From Patescibacteria group bacterium (lineage in GTDB: Bacteria > Patescibacteriota > SICC01), in the NCBI GenBank assembly GCA_040902515.1, contig JBBDXB010000006.1, forward strand, positions 574,017 through 638,016: a stretch of 64,000 nt of DNA. The letters are read 5' to 3'. This document shows positions 1-11,418 of this stretch, piece after piece. The notes beneath the pieces were generated by a model, which was given only the letters and a program-made list of their open reading frames with translations, made no database searches and was not told the origin of the DNA. Position numbers and translations under genes: made by a program. How positions within the stretch are numbered: position 1 is the first letter of the stretch; each line of letters begins with the position of its first letter.

Positions 1-2
1 TA

Positions 3-899
3 GTGTTCCGTGGCTGGGTCGGACTCTCCGAGTCCGAGCAGGTGCGGGCGCTTTACCGCTGGTCCCTGCAAGATCCGGTGGTCGCAGCGATGGCGCTCTA
101 CTGCTACTCCAAGGACTCATACTCCAAGGAGCGCATCGACGCCTATCGCACGGCCAAGCCGGGATCGCATAACCACCGGCAGGCAACCCGGGCGCTCCAT
201 GCCATGATGACCCATCCCGGGTTCTCGTTCGATAACTACAAGCTTTACGGCAAGTGGTTCAACGAGAGCGTCAACGCAGCCGGACAGCCGTCCGGATCGC
301 AGACGACGCACAACGGGACGGCTTCCACGCAGGCGACGATTCCGGCGATGGTACTGCCCGATGGGCAGGTCATCCCCGGTGGCAAGACGACGCAGCTTCA
401 CCGCTGCATCAACTGCCAGCGCAAGCAGCTGCCCCCGGCAATCCCGCCGAAGCAGCCGTCGGATGGACCCGGTCCTGGACCTGGTCCGAGCCCCGAGGGT
501 CGCCATCCGGCACAACCGGGCGGTGACAATCTCGGTGGGGGTCGTCCGCCGCAGCGAGGTGGGGACTACGGTGACACGCATCGTCGTGTTCCCAACACCC
601 CTGCCACGCCGAAGCGACGGCCGATCATCCAGCCGGATACCCCGGTAAGGACGCCCCCCGGTACGGGTGGCGAGATCAAGCCGAGCGACCCACCTCCGCA
701 AAGCGACAGCGGCGGTGGAACGGTGACGGAGCCAACGGCCCCGCCGACTCCTCAACCGAGTGAGCCGCCGGCGATGATACCGCTACCACTACCGCCCGAG
801 TGGGGTGCACCCCCGCCGCCTCCGGCCGAGCAGGGCGCACCACCGCCCCCATCGTCCACGTCAACGAGCGCGGCACCCCCACCTCCGCCCCCTGAGTAG
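3..899 (+). CDS. Pro-rich hypothetical protein (true start may lie at or before the window edge)
   Basis: ORF with long Pro/Ser/Thr-rich low-complexity C-terminus; no family recognised. Confidence 0.55.
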   Translation: MFRGWVGLSESEQVRALYRWSLQDPVVAAMALYCYSKDSYSKERIDAYRTAKPGSHNHRQATRALHAMMTHPGFSFDNYKLYGKWFNESVNAAGQPSGSQTTHNGTASTQATIPAMVLPDGQVIPGGKTTQLHRCINCQRKQLPPAIPPKQPSDGPGPGPGPSPEGRHPAQPGGDNLGGGRPPQRGGDYGDTHRRVPNTPATPKRRPIIQPDTPVRTPPGTGGEIKPSDPPPQSDSGGGTVTEPTAPPTPQPSEPPAMIPLPLPPEWGAPPPPPAEQGAPPPPSSTSTSAAPPPPPPE

Positions 900-1229
900 C
901 GAATAACGTTTCGCCATCTCCTGGGTCGGAGACCTGATTGCACCCCGGCCGGTACACGGCACGCTTACACAGGTGCCATGGCCGGTCGGGGTCAGTCTGG
1001 GGTTACACCACTGCAACCACGGAAAGGAACAATGGAAAACAATGATGGATCATCGGAGCAGTAAATTACTTGAACTTGTCGTCCAGACAACTACTCATCG
1101 TGATTTACTGCTCCCTCCCCATTCCATCGATGCTGGTTGATTGACCGGGTTCGCAACTTAACAACCCGACGCACACACGTTCACACGCCTTTGTTTCACT
1201 TAACCATTAATTAACCAAGGAGGATGCAC

Positions 1230-2927
1230 ATGAGTAACATCTTCAATCTGCGCTTTAGGCGCAAAAAGCTCTTCGTTGCCCTCGGCATGCTGCTGGCGCT
1301 CGCGGTCACTCCGCTGCTCCAGTCTTCGCAGGCCGCCGGTAACGTCATCATCGACAGCACGTTCTCGTCCCGGGTCTACAGCGGCCCCGGCGGCCCGACG
1401 GACTTCGCCGATACCACCACCGTCCGACACGGCAACGTGGTCCAGTATGGAATCCTGGTCCATAACGCCGAGGACGCCCGTTCTGGCGACAGCGCCAAGA
1501 ACTTCAAGATCCGGGTAACCATCCCCGACGCGTCCAACGGTTCTCAGGCCGTCAATACTGAGACCATCTCGGCCGATAACGGCCACTCCCCGGGAGCGTA
1601 CCGGAATACCGACACCACGACGCTGAAGTCGAAGGACGGTAAGCCGTTCACGATCACCGGTCTCCGCAACATCCAGTTGCAGCGGAACAACGTCCCCAAG
1701 ACGAACAACCCGACCTTCAACTGGAGCGCCCCGGAGAACATCCCGTACGAACGAGTAGAGGTCGAACGGAAGAACAACGCTTCCGTCCTGACGATTACGC
1801 CGACCAAGAGCGGCGACCTGGGACCGTGCTTCCAGAACGCGCTTCGGGTCATCTTCCTGGCTGACATCACCCAGGGGAAGCCTGGACCGCAGCTGGCGAT
1901 CGATAAGAAGGTCCGGAAGGCCGGAGAGACCAACTTCTCCGAAGCCAACACGATCAAGCCGAACCAGAACATGCAGTACTTCGTGGAGCTGAAGAACGTC
2001 GGCGGTGCTCCCGCCACGAACGTCGTGCTCCGTGACGCGCTGCCGCGACATGTCAAACTGATGCCGGGAAGCGTCCAGCTCCGGAGTTCGAGCAATACCA
2101 CGCTCAGACCCGGGCCGGATAACTTCGTGAACGGAGGAATCTCCTACGCGAGCTTCGGGCAAGGTGCCTGGGTCCAGGTGTACTTCAACGTTTCGGTAGG
2201 CGACCCCGGGGAGTGTCCCTGGTGGTTCAAGAACTTCGCACTCGTGAAGTCCGACCAGACCAACGGATCCGAGTTCTTTGACTCGGTGAAGACGGACCTG
2301 GTGTGCCAGCCGACACCGACACCGACTCCGACACCCACTCCTACACCTACGCCCACTCCGACTCCTACGCTGACGCCGACCCCGACACCGACCCCGACTC
2401 CCGAAGTCCAGATCGGTGATCTCCGGATCATCAAGTTCGAGGACCTCAACGGCAACGGTAAGGAAGACGAGGGCGAACCGCGGATGGCGGGAGTGACCTT
2501 CACGACCACCGGTCCGAGTGATTTCTCGAATACGTCACAGACCGACGAGAGCGGTGAGATCGTCCTCACGGACCTGGAAGAGGGTAGCTATACGGTGACC
2601 GAGACGGTTCCGCAGGGCTTCGAGGTGACCACGGAGAACCCGCAGACCAAGACGGTACAGACCGGTGAGACCGCGGAATTCTCCTTCGGCAACAAGCGCA
2701 TCGTGACGCCGACGCCAACCCCGACCCCGCCGACCGTCCAGACCCCGACTCCGGAAGCAACCCCGCCGGTGACGCCCCCGGGCGGCCCGAAGGGTCAACT
2801 GCCGGTGACCGGCGCCTCAGGCGCGGCTGGCCTGGCCACGATGGCCGTGGCGACCAGCGCGTACCTGTACCGCCGGGAACGGAACGCACTCGCTGAAGCG
2901 ATTCGTAACCATTCGGTAGACGGCTAA
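1230..2927 (+). CDS. Sortase-anchored surface protein (signal peptide, DUF11-like and SpaA/SdrD-B-like Ig domains, PT linker, LPVTG)
   Basis: SD AAGGAGG 6 nt before ATG 1230; N-terminal RRKK + hydrophobic signal; DUF11-like LAIDKKV...YFVELKNVG...NVVLRDALP; KFEDLNGNGKEDEGEP; C-terminal LPVTG + hydrophobic stretch + RRER. Confidence 0.85.
   Translation: MSNIFNLRFRRKKLFVALGMLLALAVTPLLQSSQAAGNVIIDSTFSSRVYSGPGGPTDFADTTTVRHGNVVQYGILVHNAEDARSGDSAKNFKIRVTIPDASNGSQAVNTETISADNGHSPGAYRNTDTTTLKSKDGKPFTITGLRNIQLQRNNVPKTNNPTFNWSAPENIPYERVEVERKNNASVLTITPTKSGDLGPCFQNALRVIFLADITQGKPGPQLAIDKKVRKAGETNFSEANTIKPNQNMQYFVELKNVGGAPATNVVLRDALPRHVKLMPGSVQLRSSSNTTLRPGPDNFVNGGISYASFGQGAWVQVYFNVSVGDPGECPWWFKNFALVKSDQTNGSEFFDSVKTDLVCQPTPTPTPTPTPTPTPTPTPTLTPTPTPTPTPEVQIGDLRIIKFEDLNGNGKEDEGEPRMAGVTFTTTGPSDFSNTSQTDESGEIVLTDLEEGSYTVTETVPQGFEVTTENPQTKTVQTGETAEFSFGNKRIVTPTPTPTPPTVQTPTPEATPPVTPPGGPKGQLPVTGASGAAGLATMAVATSAYLYRRERNALAEAIRNHSVDG
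2310..2402 (+). repeat. (Pro-Thr)n coding tandem repeat
   Basis: Degenerate CCN-ACN hexamer run encoding PTPTPT linker. Confidence 0.85.
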
Positions 2928-2949
2928 GGCCATCCCGCTGCCGGCGAAC

Positions 2950-2979
2950 GAAAAAGGCTCCCTCACGGGAGTCTTTTTC
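2950..2979. terminator. Intrinsic terminator, potentially bidirectional
   Basis: GAAAAAGGCTCC-CTCACG-GGAGTCTTTTTC hairpin flanked by A and T runs after the surface protein gene. Confidence 0.75.
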
Positions 2980-3012
2980 AATTGGAGCGGAAACCGTGGC
3001 TATACTGGAGGC

Positions 3013-4096
3013 ATGGAGCAGGAACTCCAGGAACGAATCGACAGCCTGGCGAAACGCTTTGCCCAGGTGAGGGAGTTTCTTTGACCTCGCCGGCAAAGAG
3101 ACCGAGCTAGCCGATCTCAAGAAACAGTCCGAGCGTGAGGACATCTGGCACGACCAGGAAGAGGCCCGGGCGGTGATGCAGCGGCTCAACGAGCTCGCCG
3201 AGCAGGTCGGGTTCTGGCAGCGATTCGAGCATGACCTCACCGACCTGCGGGAACTGCTGGGACTGTCCGGACAGGATGACAAGGCGGTGCGGGAGATCGC
3301 CACGAACCTGGGTGAGCTCGAACGCACGTTCACGCAACATGAATCGGCGGCGCTGCTCTCCGGCGAACACGACGCACGCCCGGCTCACGTGACGATCCAA
3401 GCCGGCGCGGGCGGGACCGACGCCCAGGACTGGGCGCACATGCTGGAACGGATGTACCTCCGGTTCGCGGAACGCCGCGGTTGGCGGACGGAGGTCGAGG
3501 AGCGTTCGGCGGGGGAGGAGGCCGGCATCAAGAGCGTGACGTTGCGGGTGGACGGCCCGTCGGCGTACGGGTACCTTCGGGGGGAATCGGGTGTCCATCG
3601 GCTCGTGCGGCAGTCGCCGTTCAACGCCAAGAGCCTCCGGCAGACCTCGTTCGCCCGGGTGGAGGTGCTTCCGGACCTGCCGTCACATGCCGTCGAGCTG
3701 GACGAGAAGGATCTGCGGATCGACACCTACCGAGCCTCCGGTGCCGGTGGCCAGCACGTGAACAAGACCGATTCGGCGGTTCGGATCACCCATCTGCCCA
3801 CCGGCCTGATCGCCCAATGCCAAAGCGAACGCTCCCAGGCGCAGAACAAGGAGGCGACGATGAAGATCCTCTACGGGAAACTCCTGGCGTTGGCCGAGAA
3901 GCAGCAGAAGGCGGATCTCCGGAAACTCGAGACCAGCGATACGGCGGCATGGGGAAACCAGATCCGCTCGTACGTCCTGCACCCCTACAAACAGGTGAAA
4001 GACCTCCGTACGCGTGTCGAACGGCCGGACCCGGACGCCGTGCTCGAAGGCGACCTCGACGACTTCGTGGAGGCGGAACTCCGGTTACCCCGCTAG
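3013..4096 (+). CDS. prfB: Peptide chain release factor 2 with programmed +1 frameshift
   Basis: ATG 3013 reads to CTT-TGA-C at 3079-3085 with internal SD-like AGGGAG at 3070-3075; +1 frame has SPF and GGQ motifs and WGNQIRSYVLHPY. Confidence 0.97.
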
Positions 4097-4462
4097 CAGG
4101 GCGGCGGCTTTGCCGACCACCTCGCTGGGCGTGAAGTTGGACTTGAGCAGGTAGTCGGCGGCACCGAGCGCCATTCCGCGGTCGATGTAGTCCTGGTCGC
4201 CGACGTTCGAAAGCAGGACGACCTGCACGTCCTTCGTTTCCGCATCCTGCTTCAATTCCTCGAGCACTTCGATGCCGCTCTTCTTCGGCATCATGATGTC
4301 GAGCAGGACGAGATCCGGGCCATGCTCACGGACCAGGGAGATTCCCTCGTCGCCGTCCAGCGCGTGGTGGATGTCATACCCCTCGCGTTGGAACTTTTGG
4401 ACATACATGTCCGCCAGGACGGAGTCATCTTCGATTAGGACGATTGTCTTTTTGTCTGTCAT
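4085..4462 (-). CDS. Single-domain response regulator (CheY-like receiver)
   Basis: MTDKKTIVLIEDD...PDLVLLDIMMPKKSG...LLSN...GAADYLLKS. Confidence 0.9.
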   Translation of the reverse strand: MTDKKTIVLIEDDSVLADMYVQKFQREGYDIHHALDGDEGISLVREHGPDLVLLDIMMPKKSGIEVLEELKQDAETKDVQVVLLSNVGDQDYIDRGMALGAADYLLKSNFTPSEVVGKAAALLAG

Positions 4463-4492
4463 CGATTTCATTCTCCCATGCGGGCAAGCGCA

Positions 4493-4521
4493 TTGACAAA
4501 CTCCCGAAAAGATGTTATGGT
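4493..4521 (+). promoter_or_regulatory. sigma70-type promoter for the histidine kinase
   Basis: TTGACA-17 bp-TATGGT upstream of ATG 4532. Confidence 0.6.
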
Positions 4522-4531
4522 TAAGCAATTT

Positions 4532-5992
4532 ATGGACACCACGATCATTGGTCTCGGGCTCCTGCTGGCGATCACAGCCATCGTCGTACTGACCGTGCGG
4601 ATCCGGGCGTTGGCCCGGCAGGTCCGTTCCCGGGAGCTCGCGGTCAAGCGGGACCTCGGAAGAATCCGACAGATCGACCGAATGCTCCTGGCGAACCTGT
4701 CCCTCGGATACATCGCCCAAGAAGTGGCGAACGTCTTCGCCGACCACCGGGCCGTGCTCGGCGGTGCCGTCCAGCGGGCCAACCGCGACGGTACGCTCGA
4801 GGTACTGGCCGTCTCGGAGGAACTCAAGCGGATGGGAAACCGGGGGCTCGGCGTGCTGGCGCACAAGGTGCAGAGCGGCATCGAGCTGGAACGCAGCGGC
4901 TCCCTGATCGTCCGGGCCATCAACCAGCGGCAGATCATGGTGGGCGAACGGCTGGGTGACGTGGACGTGCCCGCGCTTACCCCCGGACAGGCCGGCAAGA
5001 TCCAGAAGCGTCTGGGCATCCGGGGCGTGGCGATTTATCCGGTGATGGCCAACGAGCGGGTCTACGGCGCGGTGACGTACTACCTGCGATCCCCATACGA
5101 GAGCCTGGGAGAGCGGGACAAGGAAACGCTCCAGGCGATGACCGACGGCGTGGCTGTCGCGATGGTGAACGCCAGCCTGCTCACGGAGATCGATGCGGTG
5201 AACCAGCGGCTGACCCAGGCCAACGCCGGTTTGAAACGGGCGGACGAGACCAAGGATGAGTTCGTCTCGATCGCCTCGCACCAGCTCCGCGGACCGCTCA
5301 CGGCGATCCGCGGCTACCTGGCGATGCTCGAGGATGGTGACTTCGGTGCGATTCCTGACCGCCAGCGTCCCGTCGTGGAGCAGATCTCCGAAAGCACGAA
5401 CGAGGTAATCAACATCCTGAACGACATGCTTTCCCTCTCGCGGATCAATGCCCGGCGCTTCGAGCTGACCCCCAGTCCCGTGCGGCTGGAGGACGTGGCC
5501 CGCGACGTCACCCGGGAATTCGAGTCGTTGGCCAAGAAGAAAGGACTGAAGCTCATCCTGGAGCTGCCGGACCAGACGATCGGCCAACTGAATCTCGACG
5601 GTCTCCGCATCCGCCAGGTCATCGTGAACTTCGTGGACAACGCGATCAAATACACGCAGAAGGGAACGGTGCGGGTCTCGATCGCCCAAGAAGGCGACGA
5701 AGCGGTCCTTCGTGTCCGGGATAGCGGTATCGGTATCTCGGCGGAAGACCGGCACAAGATGTTCACCAAGTTCTTCCGGGCGGATAACGCCCGGAACGTC
5801 CTGGCGTCCGGTACCGGCCTGGGCCTGTTCGTGGCCCGGCGGATCGTGGAGGCGCATGGCGGAAGCGTCATCCTGGAAAGCATTCTCGGCAAGGGAAGTA
5901 CGTTCGGGTTCCGCCTGCCGCTTCCCGCGGTACGCGGCGGCCACGGCGCCGCGTACCGTCGGTCTGCCCGGACCCCGGCCGTCGCGAGCTGA
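4532..5992 (+). CDS. GAF-domain sensor histidine kinase
   Basis: N-terminal TM; H-box ASHQLRGPL; N-box NFVDNAIKY; DSGIGI and GTGLGL G-boxes. Confidence 0.92.
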   Translation: MDTTIIGLGLLLAITAIVVLTVRIRALARQVRSRELAVKRDLGRIRQIDRMLLANLSLGYIAQEVANVFADHRAVLGGAVQRANRDGTLEVLAVSEELKRMGNRGLGVLAHKVQSGIELERSGSLIVRAINQRQIMVGERLGDVDVPALTPGQAGKIQKRLGIRGVAIYPVMANERVYGAVTYYLRSPYESLGERDKETLQAMTDGVAVAMVNASLLTEIDAVNQRLTQANAGLKRADETKDEFVSIASHQLRGPLTAIRGYLAMLEDGDFGAIPDRQRPVVEQISESTNEVINILNDMLSLSRINARRFELTPSPVRLEDVARDVTREFESLAKKKGLKLILELPDQTIGQLNLDGLRIRQVIVNFVDNAIKYTQKGTVRVSIAQEGDEAVLRVRDSGIGISAEDRHKMFTKFFRADNARNVLASGTGLGLFVARRIVEAHGGSVILESILGKGSTFGFRLPLPAVRGGHGAAYRRSARTPAVAS

Positions 5993-7189
5993 TTACTGCC
6001 CGATATCGAGCTTCTTGCCGCCCCGGGCGGCCGCTTTGCCTTCGGATGAACCGGATGCCGCCTCGTCTTTCGCCGCGGCCTTGGGAAGGCTGAGGACGAA
6101 CGCATTGCCGGTATTGGTGCCGGTCACCGAGAACCGGGCGCGATGCGCCTCGATGATCTGCTGGGCGATGTAGTAGCCGATACCCTCCTCGAAGCCCTGC
6201 GCGCCGACGTAATCGAAGACGTTCTGCTGCTGGTCGCGGGCCAGCGGCGCTCCCTGGTTCTCGATCCGGAACTCGACTTCGGGATCCGTTTCCTGGAGGT
6301 TGAACGAGACCTCGCTCTTCGGAGCGGATGTCCGGGCGGCGGTGTTGGCGATCATCGAAAGCAGACGCCCCACTTCCGTGACATCCACCTCGATCTCCGC
6401 GTCCGTGCCCGGTTTGCCGGCATTCAGCGTTCGTGACGATTCGGCGACCGTCGTGGCGAGCTTGTCGGTGGCCTGCGTGAATAGCTCTTTCGCGGCGATC
6501 CGCTGCTTGCGTACGGCGATCTTCTCCTCGGAGAGGGTCTCGATCCGGGCCATGTCCTCGATGATCCGGAGCAGCTTGTTGGCGCTGTCCAGGATCGTCT
6601 GTACTTTGCTGAGCGCATCCTTGGGGAGCTTCCCGGCGTCTCCGGAAAGGAGCAGGTCGGCGTAGCCTTTCATGGCGGTGATCGGTGCCCGGAGCTCGAA
6701 CGAGGAGAGGTTCACGAGGCGCTTTCGGAGTTCCTTCTCCGCCTGTTCGGTCGTGGCGTCGACCAGGACCACCACGTGGTACCCGGGCGGATAGGTCAGG
6801 GAGCGTTTGGCGGCGTAGACCGGCGTCAGCGTACCGTCCTGCGCCGTGACCGTACCCTGGCGCTTGCGTTCGGTCAGCTTGAGCGGCTTGCCGCCACCGT
6901 CTATCGAAAGCACCGTCTCGAGCGGCTGATGGAACGACGAGCGGCCTTCCCGGCCGGTCATCGTCGCAAACGACTGGTTGGCATACTCGACGGTGCCCTC
7001 CGGGTCGACCAGGGCCACGCCCTCGTCGAGGTGCTGTCCGAACTCTTCCCAGAGCTTGAAGCGGTCGGCGGCTTCCTCGGTGGTCTGCTTGATCGCGTCC
7101 TGGGCGCCGGCCTGTCGGAACAGGGAACGGATCAGCAACACGAGGGTTACGAGGAACGCGGTGGCGAAGATGAACGTAAGCGTATCCAC
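5993..7189 (-). CDS. PAS-domain histidine kinase-like protein lacking the phosphoacceptor His
   Basis: TM + PAS-like (EGVALVDPEGTVEYANQ); H-box reads SSFELRAPITAMKGY; degenerate ATPase boxes. Confidence 0.8.
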   Translation of the reverse strand: MDTLTFIFATAFLVTLVLLIRSLFRQAGAQDAIKQTTEEAADRFKLWEEFGQHLDEGVALVDPEGTVEYANQSFATMTGREGRSSFHQPLETVLSIDGGGKPLKLTERKRQGTVTAQDGTLTPVYAAKRSLTYPPGYHVVVLVDATTEQAEKELRKRLVNLSSFELRAPITAMKGYADLLLSGDAGKLPKDALSKVQTILDSANKLLRIIEDMARIETLSEEKIAVRKQRIAAKELFTQATDKLATTVAESSRTLNAGKPGTDAEIEVDVTEVGRLLSMIANTAARTSAPKSEVSFNLQETDPEVEFRIENQGAPLARDQQQNVFDYVGAQGFEEGIGYYIAQQIIEAHRARFSVTGTNTGNAFVLSLPKAAAKDEAASGSSEGKAAARGGKKLDIGQ

Positions 7190-7282
7190 GCCGCCAGTCT
7201 ACAGGCCGCGGGCGCGCGCCACTAGTTCGGTGCGGACCCGCTGCTTTGCGGTCGGAGCCATGCGTCCGGCACAATGGAGTGG

Positions 7283-7366
7283 GCCGGGGTGGCGGAACTG
7301 GCATACGCGACGGACTCAAAATCCGTTGCCCGCAAGGGCTTGTGGGTTCGAATCCCACCCCCGGCA
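7283..7366 (+). tRNA. tRNA-Leu(CAA), CCA not encoded
   Basis: GCCGGGG/CCCCGGC acceptor stem; ACGGA-CTCAAAA-TCCGT anticodon arm; long variable arm; GGTTCGAATCC. Confidence 0.96.
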
Positions 7367-7406
7367 CCGTTTGCCGCCGGTCATCCGGCGTCGTAGGGTT
7401 AAATCG

Positions 7407-8216
7407 ATGGAGTCGCCAGAGGCCACGTACCAAGCACCCGCCCGTCCGCCCCGGCGCGATCCGGCCGACGTGCTGTGGCGGTTCGCGAAGGGTATCTTCC
7501 CGCTGGTACTGATCGGCGTAGCCGTGTACCTGGTCTTCAACTTTCCGGCGCTTTGGACGCGTCTGACGTTCATGGTCAGCAGCCCGGAGAGCGCTTCGGC
7601 GGCGACGTTGCCGGAAGTGGTGCGGACCGGAACCTTGCCGGGAGGTGGTGATGGTGCCGGTCAGGCCGGCGTGCCCTGCGAAGGGAACATCCCATACGAC
7701 GGCAGCGGTAACCCGCGCGCCATCTGCGACAACTACATTTATATTCCGCGTATCCGGGTAGCCGCACCGATCGTCCGTCCCGCATCCACGTCGGAAGCGG
7801 TGATCAACGACGCGCTCCTTCGCGGCGTGATCAAGTATCCCGGCACCGCCGACCCCGGCGAGAAGGGTAACCTGTTCCTGACCGGACACAGCTCTTACTA
7901 CTGGTGGGTGGATACCGACTATCGTAATGTCTTCGCCCTGGTTCCCGAGCTTCGCGTCGGTGACGAGATCGTGGTGTATCACCGGGGCAAACGGTATCTC
8001 TACCGCACCCACCGGACCTTCGAAGTCGCCCCCACCCACACCGACGTCCTGAAACCGACCCGTGAGTCGATGGTGACGCTCTCGACCTGCGTGCCGGTCG
8101 GTACGAGCTATCGGCGGATCATCATCCGAGCCCGGCAGATCAGCCCCGATCCGGCCACGAACGTGGCTCCCGGCGAATCAGCCGAAACGCCCGCCCGGCT
8201 GCCGGGTGTCCGCTAG
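7407..8216 (+). CDS. Sortase
   Basis: N-terminal TM; LTGHSS His motif; TLSTC catalytic Cys motif; downstream Arg (RIIIRA). Confidence 0.92.
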   Translation: MESPEATYQAPARPPRRDPADVLWRFAKGIFPLVLIGVAVYLVFNFPALWTRLTFMVSSPESASAATLPEVVRTGTLPGGGDGAGQAGVPCEGNIPYDGSGNPRAICDNYIYIPRIRVAAPIVRPASTSEAVINDALLRGVIKYPGTADPGEKGNLFLTGHSSYYWWVDTDYRNVFALVPELRVGDEIVVYHRGKRYLYRTHRTFEVAPTHTDVLKPTRESMVTLSTCVPVGTSYRRIIIRARQISPDPATNVAPGESAETPARLPGVR

Positions 8217-8227
8217 GGAAAGAGTCG

Positions 8228-9499
8228 TCAGGAACCCCTGAGGTTGATCCGGACCAACCGTCCGCTCGCGCGATCGGTGACAATGATCGTATCCAGTCCG
8301 AGGATCGTCGGCTCACTGCCGATTCCGTCGGCCACCACCTGATCGTTGGTGCCGTCCCGGGCGATCACGTGAAGATCGCCGCCGCTGCGGTAGAGTAGAT
8401 GCGACCCGTCAGGGAGGGGATAAATCCGCTCCGGCGGATCGGTCAGGCGGGTAACCAGCCGATCCTTGCCGGATTCAAGGCTCAGCAGATGGAGTTCGCT
8501 CGTGGTGCGGTAGGCGAGATAATGCCCTTCATGGTCCGGTGCTGCTTGGACGAGCCCCTGTACGAGATTCCGATGGCGTTCGTCCCGGAGCAGACCGAAG
8601 GAGCCGTCACGGTCTTCAGCCACTACCGCATCCGGACCTATCGTCGTGAGGGCAGTCACTGTCCGGGTCTCCGGTATCCGCCGCCCCGTCCCGTCCGGCC
8701 GGATCCAAGTGACACCCAGTGCATCGAGGACATACAGCCCATTCTCCGCCGCGGCCCAGGCCCGCGGGGCCACGGCCACCGTCCTTGCGTCCGTGCCATC
8801 CGTATCCTGTACCCTGATCCGGTTGTTCCTGACGGTAAGTACGCGGCCGTCGACGAAGCGGCCGCTCGTCCCGGGCAGGTCTCCCACGCGCGACCCTTCG
8901 CGGTCGAATACGAAAGTGCGCTCGTTGCCGCTGAGCAGGATCCGGTTTCCGCTCCCGGTGACCGCCAGCGAGCGCGGTTCGGCCAGCGTGGCCGGCAGGG
9001 CCGTGATCGTACGGGACGTGCCGGCTTCCAGGTCGACGGACTCCAGCCGGTACCGTTCGTTATGTCGGGTGATCGCCACCGCGTGCCCGCCGCCGGCCGA
9101 GACCGCTACACGGCGGACGGTGCCTTCGGTAAGGAACGTCCGTTCCGGCGATTCCGGAAAGAGCGTGATGGATTCGATCACCGCTTCGCCGGGATCAATC
9201 CGGACCGTCTTCCGCCATGGCAGCCGATCGTCTTTCCGGACTTCCACATCGTACGTTCCCGGCCGGAGCGATATCCGTGCGTCCGTCCGTTTGCCGTGCG
9301 GCTCACCGTCGATCAGGATTTGCGCGGGATCCGGGTCCGACTGCAGGGCGAGCAATCCGCGCTCGTAGAGCGCGCCGGAATCAAAGTCGATGGCGTACCC
9401 CCGGGTGACCAGCAGTGCGACCGTCGCTCCCGTCAAGAACAAGACGAGCGTGAGTATGTAGACCGCGAATCGGGGCCGATAACGATGACGGGGAGACAT
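8228..9499 (-). CDS. PEGA-domain membrane-anchored protein with beta-propeller-like C-terminus
   Basis: TM then LQSDPDPAQILIDG...LRPGTYDVEVRKDDRLPWRKTV. Confidence 0.75.
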   Translation of the reverse strand: MSPRHRYRPRFAVYILTLVLFLTGATVALLVTRGYAIDFDSGALYERGLLALQSDPDPAQILIDGEPHGKRTDARISLRPGTYDVEVRKDDRLPWRKTVRIDPGEAVIESITLFPESPERTFLTEGTVRRVAVSAGGGHAVAITRHNERYRLESVDLEAGTSRTITALPATLAEPRSLAVTGSGNRILLSGNERTFVFDREGSRVGDLPGTSGRFVDGRVLTVRNNRIRVQDTDGTDARTVAVAPRAWAAAENGLYVLDALGVTWIRPDGTGRRIPETRTVTALTTIGPDAVVAEDRDGSFGLLRDERHRNLVQGLVQAAPDHEGHYLAYRTTSELHLLSLESGKDRLVTRLTDPPERIYPLPDGSHLLYRSGGDLHVIARDGTNDQVVADGIGSEPTILGLDTIIVTDRASGRLVRINLRGS

Positions 9500-9553
9500 G
9501 CCTTACAGGATAGCTTATCCGGAACCATTCTCGTGAGCGGAAGTGTGCGGTAG

Positions 9554-10975
<1,422 letters not shown>

Positions 10976-10977
10976 CC

Positions 10978-11418
10978 ATGGCCAGAACGACCGAACTCAG
11001 CGTAGTCACGGCGACGGGGACGGTCGCGGAGGGTCCCGTGCTGTCGGTGACCATTCCCACGACCGACGGGGAGATCACGGTGCTGCCGGAACACGCGCCG
11101 ATCGTGTCGGTGATCCGGCCGGGCGTGATCACAACCCGCACCGAGAAGGACGAGCAGCACCTGGCGGTGTCCGGAGGATTCCTTCGGGTTTCCGGCGAAT
11201 CGGTGACCATCCTTGCCGATACCGCGGAACGCGCCGACGATATCGATCGCCAACGTGCGGAACAGGCCCGGAAACGCGCCGAGCAGGCGATGGCCGGGAA
11301 GCTCGAACGGGAAGAAGTCGCCGAGACGCAAGGGGAGCTCCAGAAGCACCTGGCCCGGCTCAGGGCCGTGGAATTGGCCGGCGCCCGCCGCCGCTCGCGG
11401 ACAAAGGATGCCCCATGA
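10978..11418 (+). CDS. atpC: F1F0 ATP synthase subunit epsilon
   Basis: GEITVLPEHAP, VSGGFLRV, ILADTAE; follows atpD. Confidence 0.95.
   Translation: MARTTELSVVTATGTVAEGPVLSVTIPTTDGEITVLPEHAPIVSVIRPGVITTRTEKDEQHLAVSGGFLRVSGESVTILADTAERADDIDRQRAEQARKRAEQAMAGKLEREEVAETQGELQKHLARLRAVELAGARRRSRTKDAP

Noticed and set aside
1032-1064. 10-codon ORF MENNDGSSEQ after a GAAAGGA SD-like sequence
   Set aside because: Too short to support and no recognisable leader-peptide logic.
2310-2770. CRISPR-like or mobile repeat array
   Set aside because: Degenerate codon repeats encoding Pro-Thr linkers; no spacers or cas genes.
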